Shown here piece by piece: positions 37,773 through 51,600 of a stretch of 64,000 nucleotides of DNA. A program made the position numbers and the translations under genes. The stretch's first letter is position 1; each line of letters starts with the position of its first letter. Below the pieces are notes generated by a model. It saw nothing but the letters and a program-made list of their open reading frames with translations. It made no database searches and was not told the origin of the DNA. Origin of the DNA: Nemertoderma westbladi (Eukaryota; Animalia; Xenacoelomorpha); contig JAUCBJ010007601.1 of the NCBI GenBank assembly GCA_032718475.1, positions 37,773 through 101,772 of the forward strand, in the 5' to 3' direction.

Positions 37773-40039
37773 TTAAGGCTAAGACAGGCAGAGAAAGACA
37801 GGCCGCAAGTGCAGTGAGAAAACAGGATAAATTAGGTGACATTGCATATAAAGAAATTGAGCGAAAAAGGAAACAAAGGTACCGACAAAAACTGAAAGAG
37901 ACCAATGTTGAGAAATACGAGAGTGTCAAAGAAAATGATAGGAAACAAAAGTTGACGAAGAGATTGCAGAAGAAAAATCCCCAACCGATAAGCCCTACTG
38001 CAACTCCGAGTACTTCTGGATTTACCAACAGGCAAACATTAAGCAGGTCTGTTAATAAAGTTGACCGGGTGTTATGTTTTCTCCTCACAAGAGGAATGAG
38101 GTTTTAGCTTCTATTGTTTCAAGTTTGTCACCAACTAGCAAATCTTTAATCACCTCAATCAACACCTTTAGGTGGTCGTCCATCGTTGAACACTTCAAGT
38201 CAGAAAGACATCGTGACTTTTCTTGAATCCCTAGATGTCAGTTACTGTTGCCGAGCTGAAAAGATACTGGATACATAGGAAAAGTCAATAGTCTGTCAGT
38301 TTTCAAACCAAAGCATTATTTGTTCTGGACTCTTGAATTATACAAGAAAGAGAAAGGACCATTAACGTACCATGCTTTACAGAAAATTGTAAATGAAACT
38401 AAACATATTTTTCTTAATGGAAGTATTCCAAAGGACAATTGTAGGTGTGATACATGCGAGAACTTCGAATTACTGTTGGAGAAGGCTGGCTCATTGTGTA
38501 AGAAACCAGCTGAGCTCTTGAAGCATTTGTACCCTGGCTTAAAGTCTACTGGTGATACAATGAGTTTTTGCCCAGGAATCAACGCGATATAGAGCTGAAT
38601 GAACTGAAACTACAAGATTCCTTCTTTATTACCAATGGGTGGTAGTCACACTTGATAATAACAAGAAACAACATAAGAAAGCTCTTATGGAATCAGCTGG
38701 AAATGAATTTGTTGAGATACTTAAAAATAACTATAAATATAAGGTGTCTATAAATTTGACACAAACCTCAGCATTTCTGGACACATTAAGACATTCCAGA
38801 ACTCAAAGTAAATAGGTTGAGAACAATCCTAACACATAGCAACTCGTACATTAATGTGTATATCAACACTGTTATGGATATACTGTATACTTATATAGTA
38901 AAATATACTACGGTTGTAAATCTTACCGATAATTACTGTATATCACTTTTGCTTACTTGTAAATCTACAACGAAATATACTATTTCTGGTAAAAAATATG
39001 TCTGTCCCTGACAATATAATATACATTTTTTTTTTAATATCTTGCAGCCTATATGAGAAATACCTCTTTTTTTCGGTTGTAATGTGTCCGCAATAAGATT
39101 CCATAGCTTTTTGTAAATTCAAAGCTACGAAATTGCAATTATCTTGATAGATATCTGAAATTGATAACTTAACTGTAAAACTGAGCAGTTTACCAAGTCT
39201 GTGCCTGACGAATATATCGAGTTGAATATCAGGCTCTAATTTGGTTATATTTACTCAAAAACATAACTAAGTGAATAGGGTATGTGATGCTTCAATTTAG
39301 CAACTTTTTTTATAAAATAATATGGCTCAATAAGAACTACGAGCGAATTTAATGCACCATTTCTCTGTCCCCGACAAAATGGGGTTTTCAATAATGGCCA
39401 TTTGCAAAATAATTTTTCACAAAAAAATTACAAAATGGTCCGAAATTGGCCGACAAAATGGGATCATCCCCTACGTTGATCCCTACCCTAATTTATGTTG
39501 AATTTAGAAAAAGTAGACAATAGACTGGTACCATCCAGGGAGAAGGACGGGGAAATTTCAGCATAATAGCGGTGAAAGCGGGGTCAATGGACCACATGAA
39601 TAAGAGGGTGCAACCCAATGCAAAACAAGGAGGCAGAACAATATGAACACCGTAAAAATATAGATTTTTTTTATAATTATTATGATTATTGCACAAGATA
39701 ACAACGTTAATACAGTATTAATTAAATCCTCATCATTGTTAGATTAAATTATCATACATCAGTAATCTAATGTTCGAAAATTATAATATGAGAAGTAGGC
39801 CCTATATTTGAATAATACATTCCCTGATATTTATAAGAAAATATTACACGGAGAGAATATTCCTACGCCTAGTAAAGTTACATCCTTTTTAACATGGAGT
39901 TATAGATAGAGATACCTTACCGTATTACGTACGTTATGTGCTTTAAAAACCTTATCCACTACTATTTGAAGTATTTAATTTGAGCTCGAAATTGTATGTT
40001 GTATGTATATAGTCCTAGGAATTGACCCTCGTACTATTG

Positions 40040-40300
40040 CCCTTGGACAAACATTGTCACACAATCTCCACACATCTACAACCAGACACTATATAACATT
40101 GGAGGCGTCTCATTGGTTCCCCCAAGCTTGACACTAGAACAAAATCGCTTCCGCTTAACAAGACATTGCTTTCGCCGTGAGGACCAGCCTGTTCACTATA
40201 TTGTAATTTGGCGGCCACATGGAGAAATTTAGCATGGTGGACAGCGCATGACTTTCTTGAAACGTCTTTTAAAGGACACTGGCATTGAAGATGCGGAAAA
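40040..40300 (+). mobile_element. Old RTE LINE 3' fragment
   Basis: Translates as ...PPSLTLEQNRFRLTRHCFRREDQPV..IWRP, resembling the RTE C-terminus. Homologous to 57955-58130 in inverted orientation. Confidence 0.55.
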
Positions 40301-40679
40301 AATCACGCGAAAGTCATGGGGGATAGGGAGTTGTGCCGATCCAATTTAGTCGATAAGCCGGCATACCATTCTAAATAAACCAATAATACACCTAATTTTA
40401 TTGAGTTTTCTAATTATATACTGTAGTAGTAACTTGATTTAATTCTAATTTCTAGTAAATTATTAATAGTAAATTCATTCATTAATAGTAAATTAATTAT
40501 TTAAAAATTATTTAATAGTAATTTCAAATTATATAGTAGTAACTTGTTTTAAAATAATCGTTTTCTTAAACGGAAAACTGTTGATTGACAATTAGTGTCG
40601 GACAAATTGTGTCCGAAATTACGTCTGAAAATATGAAACTATTTGGTTAGGAACTCCCGCCACAGTAACTTCCTCTTAA

Positions 40680-41535
40680 GGGGGGTACACCATTTTGGTC
40701 CAAAATATGTCGAATTTATTCGTTTAATTGTCGAGTTTAATGTCGAATTATAATCCACCATTGAATGGTGTTTCCAAATCTGAAAACCGCTATTTAATAG
40801 TTCTTTTAGTTTTCAAGTTATAACAATTTCCATTTAGGGAATCCTATTGAAATTACTATCACACTTATACAAGTATAATGAAAGGTCGATATTATCTCCA
40901 AATATTTTTTTTCTGAAATTGTCAACTTCAAAACCCTACTACAATTTTTGAGCAATTAGTCTGAAACTTTCTGTGGGTGTCTACATAGCCACCCTGCATA
41001 AAAGTATCAGACAGCTTTTCGAAATTTTTTGTTAATAAATTTAATACTATTTATAACAAACCTAAAAATTTAGCATAAATTTGCAGCGCCACCTAGCGGT
41101 GCAGAAATATTTTAACAAAATTTCGCCTGATAGATATGTTGCCCCATCTTTGATCTATCATATAAAAAAAATTTCCTGTGATTAGATTCCAAACTGTAAA
41201 AGCCTTAGGGTTTTAAGCGCAACCAAGTTTTTTTTATTGTTAACTAGTATTAACATAAATAATAACGATCCTATCAGTAACGTACCTATCAGTTCGTTAA
41301 AGGCCTGTTGGCCGCAATATAACTGAAATTAATTATATACACGGTCACTAGTAAAAGATCCAGTTTACACACACCTTAAGATTTGAAAATATTAAATAAC
41401 GAAAAAAATTTTCTGACCTGTCATGTAGAATAGCATTTTAGGCACCTACATTCCAAATTTTAGCCAAAACCAAACAATTTTGAAGCGCTGGGAGTGATAA
41501 ATCGAAGAGTTGTTCGAAAATGGTGTACCCCCCTC
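40680..41535. mobile_element. TTAA-targeting MITE (Kolobok/Sola3-like)
   Basis: TTAA-GGGGGGTACACCATTTT ... AAAATGGTGTACCCCCC-TC-TTAA. Confidence 0.8.
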
Positions 41536-42094
41536 TTAACTCAGCAACTGGTAAAGGAAAATGCAGTTTTTTTGCGAGTAGTTTATTCGCGTGTCCGGAC
41601 ACACGATGTCCGGACACGAGTTGTCGCGTTGTCCAAATGAACCTTAGTTAGACAGCTATACAGTAGCTTGGTAGTTTCTGATGTGGATTTTCCCTACCGT
41701 ATTCAACCAACCTACGATATACCTAACGATTTGGCATATTTAAGCATCTTAAATTCATTAGCGCTATACCTACCATTCACCGGAAACTACAAAATACAAG
41801 AAAACAAGTCAGCGAGATCGCGAAGTTAGCGAATCAATATCTTACAGTTTTTTATGCGGTCCAAATAAGTATGCGAAGCCGAAGCCGCATCTTTAATTTT
41901 CAAAATTTAAAAATTTTTTATCTACGAACTGCAGTGCAGACATAAACAATTAGAGCCGTTACTCAGATATTGATGTAACTCTACGCTCTACGCTACGTCT
42001 CAGTGAATTCCTAGGTCGTCCCACAAAAAATACTGTAAAACTCCAAAAAAATAGTAACTCGCTAAGACTAACTAACTAACTAAACACTAAATAA

Positions 42095-42640
42095 TTACAC
42101 TCCCAAATCCGGTTCACACATTCCATCTACCTTCATATCCTTAAATTCGGTAGGAAAGGCAATGAATATGAGCATTGTTATAAGAAATGAGGTGAATATA
42201 AAAGCGATTAGTAACAACCGGTTCAGTACACTAGCCACCTCTACCCAATCGTTGTGTATTCGTGAGGATTTCTCCTTGCGAGCTTTAGCGAGAGTGAAAC
42301 AGTCCAAATGGTTTGTCACTTTATCTACCAGAGTGTCAACCAACAATAGCAACTCCTCGTTGGTTGAGTCAGAGGCTTTCCGTTTGCGGTGCTTGTGTCG
42401 TTTTGTGTGGTGTCCGGTGCAGGTGGTGTTGGTGCAGTAGGTCGTGGAGGTGTCCGCCGACGGTGGCGCGGTTTCTGTATAGCACCGGTTTCGGTGCGGG
42501 CTGTATTTGGCGGCGAGTTGTCGTTGGTTCTTTAGGGGATCTTCGAGTTCGCATTCCAGGCATCCGTTTGGTCGATCTGGGAACATCGGGAATTGGTTGC
42601 CTCGGTTGCAGCGGTTGTCTAAGAATTTCTGCGCGTCAAC
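42095..42640 (-). CDS. Receptor last exon: M3-M4 cytoplasmic loop, M4 and stop
   Basis: ttttgag acceptor; DWVEVASVLNRLLLIAFIF is an M4 signature. Confidence 0.9.
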   Translation of the reverse strand, partial: VDAQKFLDNRCNRGNQFPMFPDRPNGCLECELEDPLKNQRQLAAKYSPHRNRCYTETAPPSADTSTTYCTNTTCTGHHTKRHKHRKRKASDSTNEELLLLVDTLVDKVTNHLDCFTLAKARKEKSSRIHNDWVEVASVLNRLLLIAFIFTSFLITMLIFIAFPTEFKDMKVDGMCEPDLGV

Positions 42641-45600
42641 CTCAAAACAAGAATATTGAGTAAATTAAACGTATAAGCCAACCCAAACTACCACCCATCC
42701 ACTCTTTATGAGAATTTCCAGGATTTAAGAATGCACTTTATCTTAAGTTCCACAGACTTCGTGTTTTAACTAGATTTTATGTGACTTTATTTCCCGTGAC
42801 GTACTATTGTACAGTTACAGTAATATCCGATACAGCCACCTATAGATAAAGATTAAAGAAAGAAAGTTTATTTGTGACTACTGTAGATATTGTTTGTTTG
42901 AAATTAAATTTGATTAAATCCACCTTTATTAAATCCACATTTCCTCAAAATAATGAAGGTGTTTTTTCTCTGTTTTTAGACCTTGAAAATAAGGATTGAA
43001 GAGTAGGACAAAAAATATAAACTAAGTTTTATAAGTTAAAATCAATTAAACATCTCAACTAACTTCTCTTTCATCCCAGATGTTGGAATTCCGTCGCCGT
43101 CGAACAAATACAATGTAGGAGAGATAGTGTAGGAATACCAGACGGATACAGTACGGGACCGGTGTAGTCATTGCTGTGAAACAGTAGACCAACACGTTGA
43201 ATGCAGTAGCCACGGTAATTAGTAGAATATTACCACCGTAGTACATGCCTTGGAGAAAACAAAACGTTGAAGTATTAAAAAGGTTCAGTTGAAACATATA
43301 AGTTATAAACGTACCGGCAGTATACAGTAGTTATGTCTCTTAAATCCATAAATTAGGTCGGCAAAAGTACGATAATTGACACACGTGTAGATACTTACCA
43401 TACCTTTCATTTTTTTTTAATTTCTTCCATGGCACAATCCTAATTTAACCTGGAGCCACTCCATGTGAACTCGGCGCAAATAACAGCTGATTTCGAGCAA
43501 AAATGGAAATGTAACCTGAGCTTTTGTCTTACGTTTATTGTTTTGTAAGAATGTACAAAATATAATATTTGCTATAATATTTATTTGGTTCGGTGTTGTT
43601 AGTGACCTGTTCATAAATACACTGTTGCGATTTGACAGTTTATAAAACCTCAAGCAATAATAACTAACCTAAAAGAGGAACAGACTCAGATGCGGGCATC
43701 ATCTGGCCTATTAGTAACAGGAAGACAGCCATCGACATAAACAGAGAAACGACCAGTTGAACTTTAGCTGGGCCGGCAGTACAAGGCAGAAACTGAAAGT
43801 AACAAAAATAGAAACTTCTGTACATACCTTGATAATTGATGTCATAGGTTGTGCTGAATGCAACAAACAATGTTTATGGTTACGCTATCATGATTGCGTG
43901 CATGTGCAGGGAATACTTTTATATGAATAGGCCTACAGCGCACAGATTAAAGCCTCATAAATAATTAAATAATTATTCCTAAAACTATAAATATATATCC
44001 CTCCAAAGAATGATAAGAATATTGTTTTAGTGAGAGTATACCGATAATGTAATGTTTATTGTAATGCCTAACTATACTAAATATTAATCTGCACTGGTCA
44101 AAGATGTTGCAACATGTGATAAGTGGAAATATAGGAAGTTCCTAATAGGCCCCCAATAATTGATTGATGATTAATCAACGCTCTCAATATTCGTAAATTT
44201 CAATGAGAGTTTGTGAGTGAGCGAAATGCACCTAATAAGGATATGCAGTACTGTAATCCACCAGCATGGACTATACTACTACTACTACTAGGTCGAGCGA
44301 ACTCGGACAGTGGAAATGAAATCCTTCCAGGCTTCCCGATTCTCCATAGTTGTCGCAATTTCGTTTCTCCTAAGTTCAGTATCCCTTTCAAGTTGATCTA
44401 TATATGTTATGACCGGTCGTCCACGACTACGCTTTCCATGAGTTGGTTGCCAGAAAAGTAGATCTGGTATGACCTCGTCTTTACTTCGCCAGCAGTGCCC
44501 ACTGAATCTTAATCTTCGTTCACGGAGGGTGGTTGATACAGGTGGTATTGTACCATAAAGCTCGGCGTTTGTCATGTGTTGTCTCCAGCTGATGTTTAGG
44601 GCTGCCCTTAGTAGTCTTGTGTAGCAACCATCAAATCGTTGTTCAAGTGATTTAGTCAGTGTCCAGGTCTCACCCCCATATAAAAATACACTTTCCACTG
44701 TGGCTCGAAAAAACTTAGTCTTCAGGTGCCTGGAGAGATCTGATTTCCAGATGGTATCCATTTTTGATAGAGCTACCCAAGCCTTTGCTTTCCTAACTTC
44801 TATGTCCTTTTTGCTACTCTCTATCCATGATCCAAGGTACTGGAAGTCATCGACCTTCCTTAGTTGATTATTATCAATGGTTGTCAAGTTTCCATCAACA
44901 TTAAAGGTCATGAATTCGGTCTTTGTAGCATTTATATGCAATCCAACCTCCTTAGCAGCCCTCTCCACTTTATTTAGTAGAAGCTGTGCATCTGCTAGGG
45001 TATTAGAGAGCAGGGCGATGTCATCCGCAAAGTCGGTGTCTGTGACTGTAGTTGCTGGATATCTACTACTTCTGCGTTCTTGAAGTGTGAATCCCAGGTC
45101 TTCACCCTTTGTGGCCGTCCTCATTGCGTAATCCAGCACAATTACAAATAGTAATGGTGCTAATGTGTCACCTTGCAGTACGCCAGCCAGGATTGAGAAA
45201 AACTCAGTTTCACCATCTGGTGAGAGTACCTGCGCTTCTGTGTCAAAATATAACACGTTCGTGGGGACTTCGCGCAGCACGTAGTCGGCAAGCCTTGGCA
45301 TACGGTTCATATAGAGCAAATGGGGCATGTCTAGTTTGGACCCCATATCCCATGCTATAAATGTATTCATTCGATATACAATCATATGTTAATCCGCTAG
45401 GTGGTGTCAAATTGTTATTCTGCAATTTCGTACTTACCAGTGCAGCACTGTACAGCAGTACCGTACCGGTAGGCCTATGTCATTACTTCTGAGTCTCTAG
45501 CGGATCCCCAATTAAATGTCTTAACTTTTCAATTTCGTAAAAGATAGACTTCATGATTCTCTACAGGCCACCAAAATTTCAGCTCAGGAAAATGAGGCCT

Positions 45601-48600
45601 TCCCGAGAAATTTAACATTTTCTAAAAACCACATAATCTGTCGTAGCTGACGTCAGACTGCATGATTTTTCACCAAACTTTACAAACTTTCTAAACTTTC
45701 TCTCTACTACTTACCTACTAAGTTTGGTTCAATTCCGAACGAGCGATGCCGAGAAATTCGCGTTCAAACATTTACCAGACAGACGGACAGACAGACAGAC
45801 GGACAGACGGACATGCCCCATTTGCCCTATATGAACCGTATGCAAAGGCTCGCCGACTACGTGTCTCGCCCCACAATCCAATGCCAGCAACAATTACTTC
45901 TGGTATTCCATAACCTCTTAGGATTTCAAGCATTTTACCTCGATGGATGGAGTCGAATACCTTCTTGAAGTCCACAAAATTGATGACAGCGGGGAGATTC
46001 TTTGACTTAATTCCTTCAATCAGTCTCCGTAGTGCAAGTATCTGAGCTATTGTTGATCTATAATAATAAGTGAATTGTTGTGGGGTGAGTGACGCGGTGT
46101 ATTGAATATACAATGTGAATAAGACAATATGATGATGCTCTCCATAGCGAAAAATATCAACCGGCCCTATTGGGGCTCGAACCCGATACCTAGGTTTCAA
46201 ACTTCTGGTTATCATCAGCCGGGTGAGTGTACTGAGCTACCAGACCGGATGAATATTTCGCTGTGGAGTGGGAGATCATATTTAGGCCAACTAATCACTC
46301 AAAGGAAAGTACAAGTTCGTTGCTATTGTTGATCTACTTGGTCGAAATCCGTTTTGGCTCTTACGCAGTAGTTTCTCTATGTGAGGCATAATCCTATATA
46401 GAATCATTTTATTGTATATTTTGGCAGCTACCACAAGCAGACAGATCCCACGATAGTTTGTTGGTATGCCGAGGTCTCCTTTCTTGGGGAGAGGCTTTAG
46501 TTGACCTTTAGTCCAAATTGGTGGTGGCTTTTCCCCTTTTAACATCCGGTTGCAAACATTCAATAATGGTCTGTTTAGCACTCCGGTTTTCCATACCTCC
46601 GCTGGGTTTTCATCTAATCCACTCGCTTTATTATTGGACATGCTTTTAATGCTTCTTTGGAGTTCGGCAGGTGTGAAGTCCCCTGTTTCTATAGGTAGTG
46701 TCTTGTCATATATTTTCCTTGTAGGGCTGACCTCGATGTTTGGTGGCTGCCCAAGCAAGTTGCTGAAGTGATTTTTCCACTTCCCAACACTTCAGGACTA
46801 TCGGCTTTGAGGCGCCCCTTTGCACAACTTTTCCGACCAGATACCTCATTTACAGTTTGCCAGGTAAGCCTTGATTGTTGCTGTATGTGAGCAGTTGTAA
46901 TTGCTTCAGTTTTATCCTGTATGTACTTTTCCTGGCTGATGTTGTAGGCCAATTTAAGATCGTCCTTAGCTTTCTCAACCTTGTTAATAATGTTTTCGGT
47001 TGTTGGTTGTTCGGTTTTAACTTTGTAGGCTATCTTAAGATCTTCTCTCTTACAAGTAACCTCAGAGTTTAGCCATGCCACATATTGTTTTCGTTTGGGT
47101 TTCTGGGGGATATGCCTCTTAGCTGAATCCTTGTGGGCTGTTATTATATTCTGGTATATTGAATCGGTGGACTGGTCTTCATCCATTGACTGAAGTGCTT
47201 CAAAGCGATTTTGAACTTCTACTGTGTAAGCATCCTATACTCATTGTCAGTTCTGAGTTTCTCCCAGTCATAGTTGATTTGCTTGCTTGTCCTGGGTTTG
47301 CTGGCTGTCAAACTGAGTCTGATTTCTGCAGTCACAATTCTGTGGTCCGTACCAATTAGGTTGAACGAACTGTATGCCTCACAGTTGATCATGCTGTTTC
47401 TCCACTTTTTGTTTATGAGGATGTAATCCAGTTGTGCTTTGGTTCCATTAGGGTATTGAAAGGTCCATAGCTTCCCCTTACTCTTTTCGAATGTGTTGTT
47501 TGTTGGTATCAATTCACATTCTTCCATTAGGTCTAAAAGTAAGTATCCATTTCTGTTAGAACTGGTGTTATAGGTGTAACCTTTGATGTCTTCTGGGCCA
47601 ATTTGGGCATTCAGGTCACCAGCAATGACTTTAACATTGTGTTTCGGAATGTCCTTTATAAGCCCAGTCAGTTCTTCATAAAACTTGACTGCTTGTTCTG
47701 GCTCTGAGGCATTGGTTGGACTGTAGCAACATATAACTGTTGCCTTGGGATTCCCATCAAATGTTGCGATCATAACCCTGGAATTTATAGATTCGATGTT
47801 GTTTAGGGTCTTAAGTGCAAATGGGCTTAGCAGAATTCCTACTCCACCAATTGATGCATTGGCCGAGTTTCTTACTGCTGAGCTTGTTACTAACGTCCAT
47901 CCATTTCCAATGTCATTGTACTTCATGGCAGTGTCTTCATGACAAATCCGATGTTCTTGGATGCAGATGATGTCGATGTTATATTCCATTGCCAGAGCGA
48001 CCATGTCACCCTGTTTGGTATGTGCTTTCAGCGTGCGTGCATTCATTGTAGCAATCTTTAGTGTCTTTTTACATTTCAACAGGTTGGTTCTTCTTTCTTC
48101 TCGGTCTTCTGTTCCAGTAGCCAATTTATCGACCCCAGCCTGGTGTACCACTGGGGGACGCGGTCCTTGTTGACCCGGGCGACGACCGAGCCGGTATTTC
48201 TCCTGGAGGGTTCTCATACTCATATCTTTCAGTTGCGGGAGTAAACCGCTTGTGGTCGCAACTCCTACAAGCGTCTTCGCAGTAGAGCGCCGTTGGTTGA
48301 TTACCTTCCGCCGACCTTGTCAGCATGTCTAGCCGTTGGTTGATTACCTTCCGCCTATCCATGGCCTACAGCCCTGCTGCCGACTGTAGGGGTCCTTTTG
48401 TTACACCCTGAACCAAGTGTGCCTCCTGGGTTAGGTTACCTAACACTGGTAGAGGAGCATCCAGTATAGACAGGGCGGGGCGTGTATCATCTCTAATGCA
48501 GATGCGTATCAAGCCTTTGCCTTCAATGGTGCCCTAGGCGCTATAGCCCTCAATGACTTATTTAGTTGACGGGGCTGAACCAACCCACTCTTGATCAACT

Positions 48601-51600
48601 AAATAATGAATAGGCTATGCTTATCGGGCCTGCCCTACTGGGCTGGCAGCTACAGGTAGTACCACATTACTGCCATAGTGGTAGCAGGATCTGGGGACCT
48701 GACCTGACCTATGGACCATATCGACGACCATAGAGCCAGAACAACACACATCAAAACCGTATCGTTTCGAGGAAAACCCAAAACACCTTCCAATCTCTTT
48801 TGCCTCAGTGTGGATCGCATCTCCTAATTTTTTCACTGAGGTATGGAAAGATACAATGAGCAGTTTTAAAATAGGCACTTGCTATCAGAATTTAATGAAA
48901 ATAAAGGTACTGTGGTTATTTTCAGAGAGGCAGAACAACACATAAAAAATTAACATTACTATTCTCATATTAACTCATTTTCTTCTAAAAAGACAATATA
49001 CGGTTATAGAATTTAAACATATGATGCATAACGAAAAATTGTGACTGAAAAGGTTTTGAAAAATTGTGGAATGTAATTCTCAATTCGTTTAGTAAATGTG
49101 AAGAAATCCAGATAGAATCCAGAGCAATAAGTAACGTACCTGGCATAATATTATAACCGAGGTAAGGAATATACAGGGAACTATCAGGTTAAACTCATAG
49201 AAGCCAGACTTCCGTCGGAGGTGCAGATAGGCTATTGCGAACCGGTACCGCAGTACTGGAGTGGTGGTTGTAGCCGCGTACATTGTCTCATGTATCCGCA
49301 TGTACTTATCCTCAACCGCCCACGCCGAACTCTCTTTGTAAGACGACATGTCGATTTTTCCCTCTTCAATTTCCTAATGTGAAAAAATATTGGATATTTA
49401 CAGAGTTCATTATAAAGTGACGGAACATCCTGGAATTTTGTTCCAAAATAATTCTACTGTAGTTCCAGATATAAATTTAGTAAAAATGTTAGATAATATC
49501 CTATAAGCCATAAACCTAATTTAATAATTTAGGACCCGTATTATTCAATAAGCCATGATTCAGAGTTAATAAGTCAGGATCTGATGTCTTTTGATTTCGT
49601 TGATATTTGATAAAAATATAATTAACATTAAATAATAGCGAATTCAACCGAAAATAATTATCTGCTCACCTTAATAGTGCCATTGACTTTGTACTTTTTG
49701 GTGGATTGACCCTCGATGTTTATGTGAACTAAATCGGCGGTGTAGGCCCAGGAGCTGAAGATGAGGCAGCAGACCTGTTTGTCGAAAGGAAAGTTTCGAA
49801 CATCTATCTCACAGCGAGATGTCGCGATTATTGGCGTCGGCCACAGTGCAGTCTTCCCGTTGCTTTCTATTATTGCGGTCGACTCCAACCGATTAGTACC
49901 AATAATGTTCTTTTCGTCAGCTCTAAAATAAAACATTATTAAATAATTTGAATTGATTAAATAATTAATTGAAAGTCGATTTGTTTGCTGTGTTGAGTCT
50001 TTAACGTAAACTGCGATTTGTTAAAATAGTAAATATTCGTTTTGGGATCAATCCTACATTCAGGCCAGTATCAACCTACAATAAAGGTAAATACGCACCG
50101 AACGGAAACTTTCTTTAACATAACTAAATACACCTCCTCACTAGAGCACTAGAGGAAGCCTGAACTTCCGATGGTTAAATTATAACGAAAATTTAATAAA
50201 GTGAACCCGTAGGGGGTGTATTTATCGCGGTAACTTACTGGTTATACAGTATGATATCAGGTTGCCATATCTGGTACGCCGACATGCGGAAACTAGAAAT
50301 GTTTTTAAATTTAGTTTTATCCCACATGAGGTATTCGTCAGTCCAAACCTAAAATAAATAACGCAATTAGAGAAATAGGCCTAATCCATTACTGGTAGGC
50401 TGCGATAGGACAGGCCCGGGGGCAATAACAAAGCTGGTTCCCCTTACATCGGAGTAGTTTATGGAGCTATTAGTTAGCTAATTGCTATACCCGCGGCTGA
50501 GCAGTGCATTTGTATAAATCTTAAATTGGATTGTTATTACAAATTATGCAGGTTAGTAAAAGAATGTGTTACAGAGGCAGGTGGGAAGGTACCAAAACAA
50601 TAAACAAGTGTTGGGAATATTTTATAAAAACCAAAAGCAGGAGTCTTTATTTCATATATATCGCCCGTCATCCTTCGTCACATACAATACCAATAAAGAG
50701 TCATGATTCCTAATGTTCATCATAGGCATTGTATATCTCGTTTAACAAACGAGGCATTGCACAATCTCTAGCACCACCCTGCTGGCACTACGTATGAATC
50801 TTTCCAACCACTTTCACCAACCAAACTCTATGGTCACTGATCGATCAACCTTGTTATGTAGCAGCCTGGTGGTGAGAGAGAATGTGGTGGTCAGCACTTG
50901 TCATTCCTTTATTTTCTGCTGAAAGACCCTGGTTTTATTGATAATGCAGATGAATAAGGTATTTTATTCCAAAATTGTAATATTACTCAACGCTGTTAGT
51001 ATTAACAGCGAGTTGTTATTTAGCACTTTACATACAACTTTAGAGGACATTACCGTATTGTATGGGCCTGTACATTTACTGTAGTATTGTATTTGGTGTT
51101 ATTGTTTACGTGGTAACCATGACGGCGTTTACTAATGTCCACTAAGGGGACATAACTTAATGCCGTCATTGGATACCACGTAAACAATAGGTGGTATTTA
51201 TAATTAATTGCCTGACTGCCAGATAAGCATACCTACCTGTAGCTATTAATAACCAGTAGCTATAAACTATTAACATGGGTCCAAACGCCACCATAAATAT
51301 AAGCGAACTTATTTATAACAAAATTTATTTCATTTTATACATTTATTTATACAGCAACTAATATAATTTGTGCAGTTTCTATCACTTATAATGTATAAGT
51401 ACAATTATTTCGTAATGTTACAACTTTGGAATAAAACTCATACATACTTGTTGCAAAGTACTTTACAGTGTTCTCATCCTCGTGGCTTTATTTTCACTCA
51501 CTCACTAACGTTCGTTCGTGTAACAAAACCGCTCGGATCATCACACTGCAAAGTGCTACTTTACACACAAGTACGTAAATAGTTATTTTACATGGGTTTT

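Larger units (their letters stand above)
34756..39399 (+). mobile_element. Decayed Sola-like DNA transposon with nested insertions
   Basis: 16-bp TIR GGCCATTATTGAAAAC / GTTTTCAATAATGGCC, 4-bp TSD ATTT and repeated subterminal CTGTCCCTGAC motifs. Frameshifted transposase-like remnants (basic region, FTNRQTLSRSVNKV, CRCDTCENFELLL) at 37777-38740. The superfamily is inferred from TSD length and motif resemblance. Confidence 0.7.
44275..48710 (-). mobile_element. Near full-length RTE-clade LINE (APE-RT), frameshifted, lying in a receptor intron in sense orientation
   Basis: APE motifs KIATMNARTL, IQEHR, AGDLNAQ, LDYIL and TDH; RT motifs GVLQGDTLAP and FADD. (TAG)n tail at 44275-90 and probable TSD ATGGACTATA / ATGGACCATA. 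Confidence 0.93.

Noticed and set aside
44288-46215. ORF-track N- and C-terminal extensions on the LINE ORFs as novel fusion proteins
   Set aside because: They are read-through into the nested MITE and SINE.
46160-46250. Functional tRNA gene (also 62172-62235)
   Set aside because: A/B boxes are present without a proper cloverleaf, and they sit in SINE bodies with a TSD, tail or Meta domain.
48420-48710. HDV-like ribozyme in the RTE 5' UTR
   Set aside because: A TCCTC loop-like motif is present, but I could not form P1/P3 pairings by eye. It needs a descriptor search.
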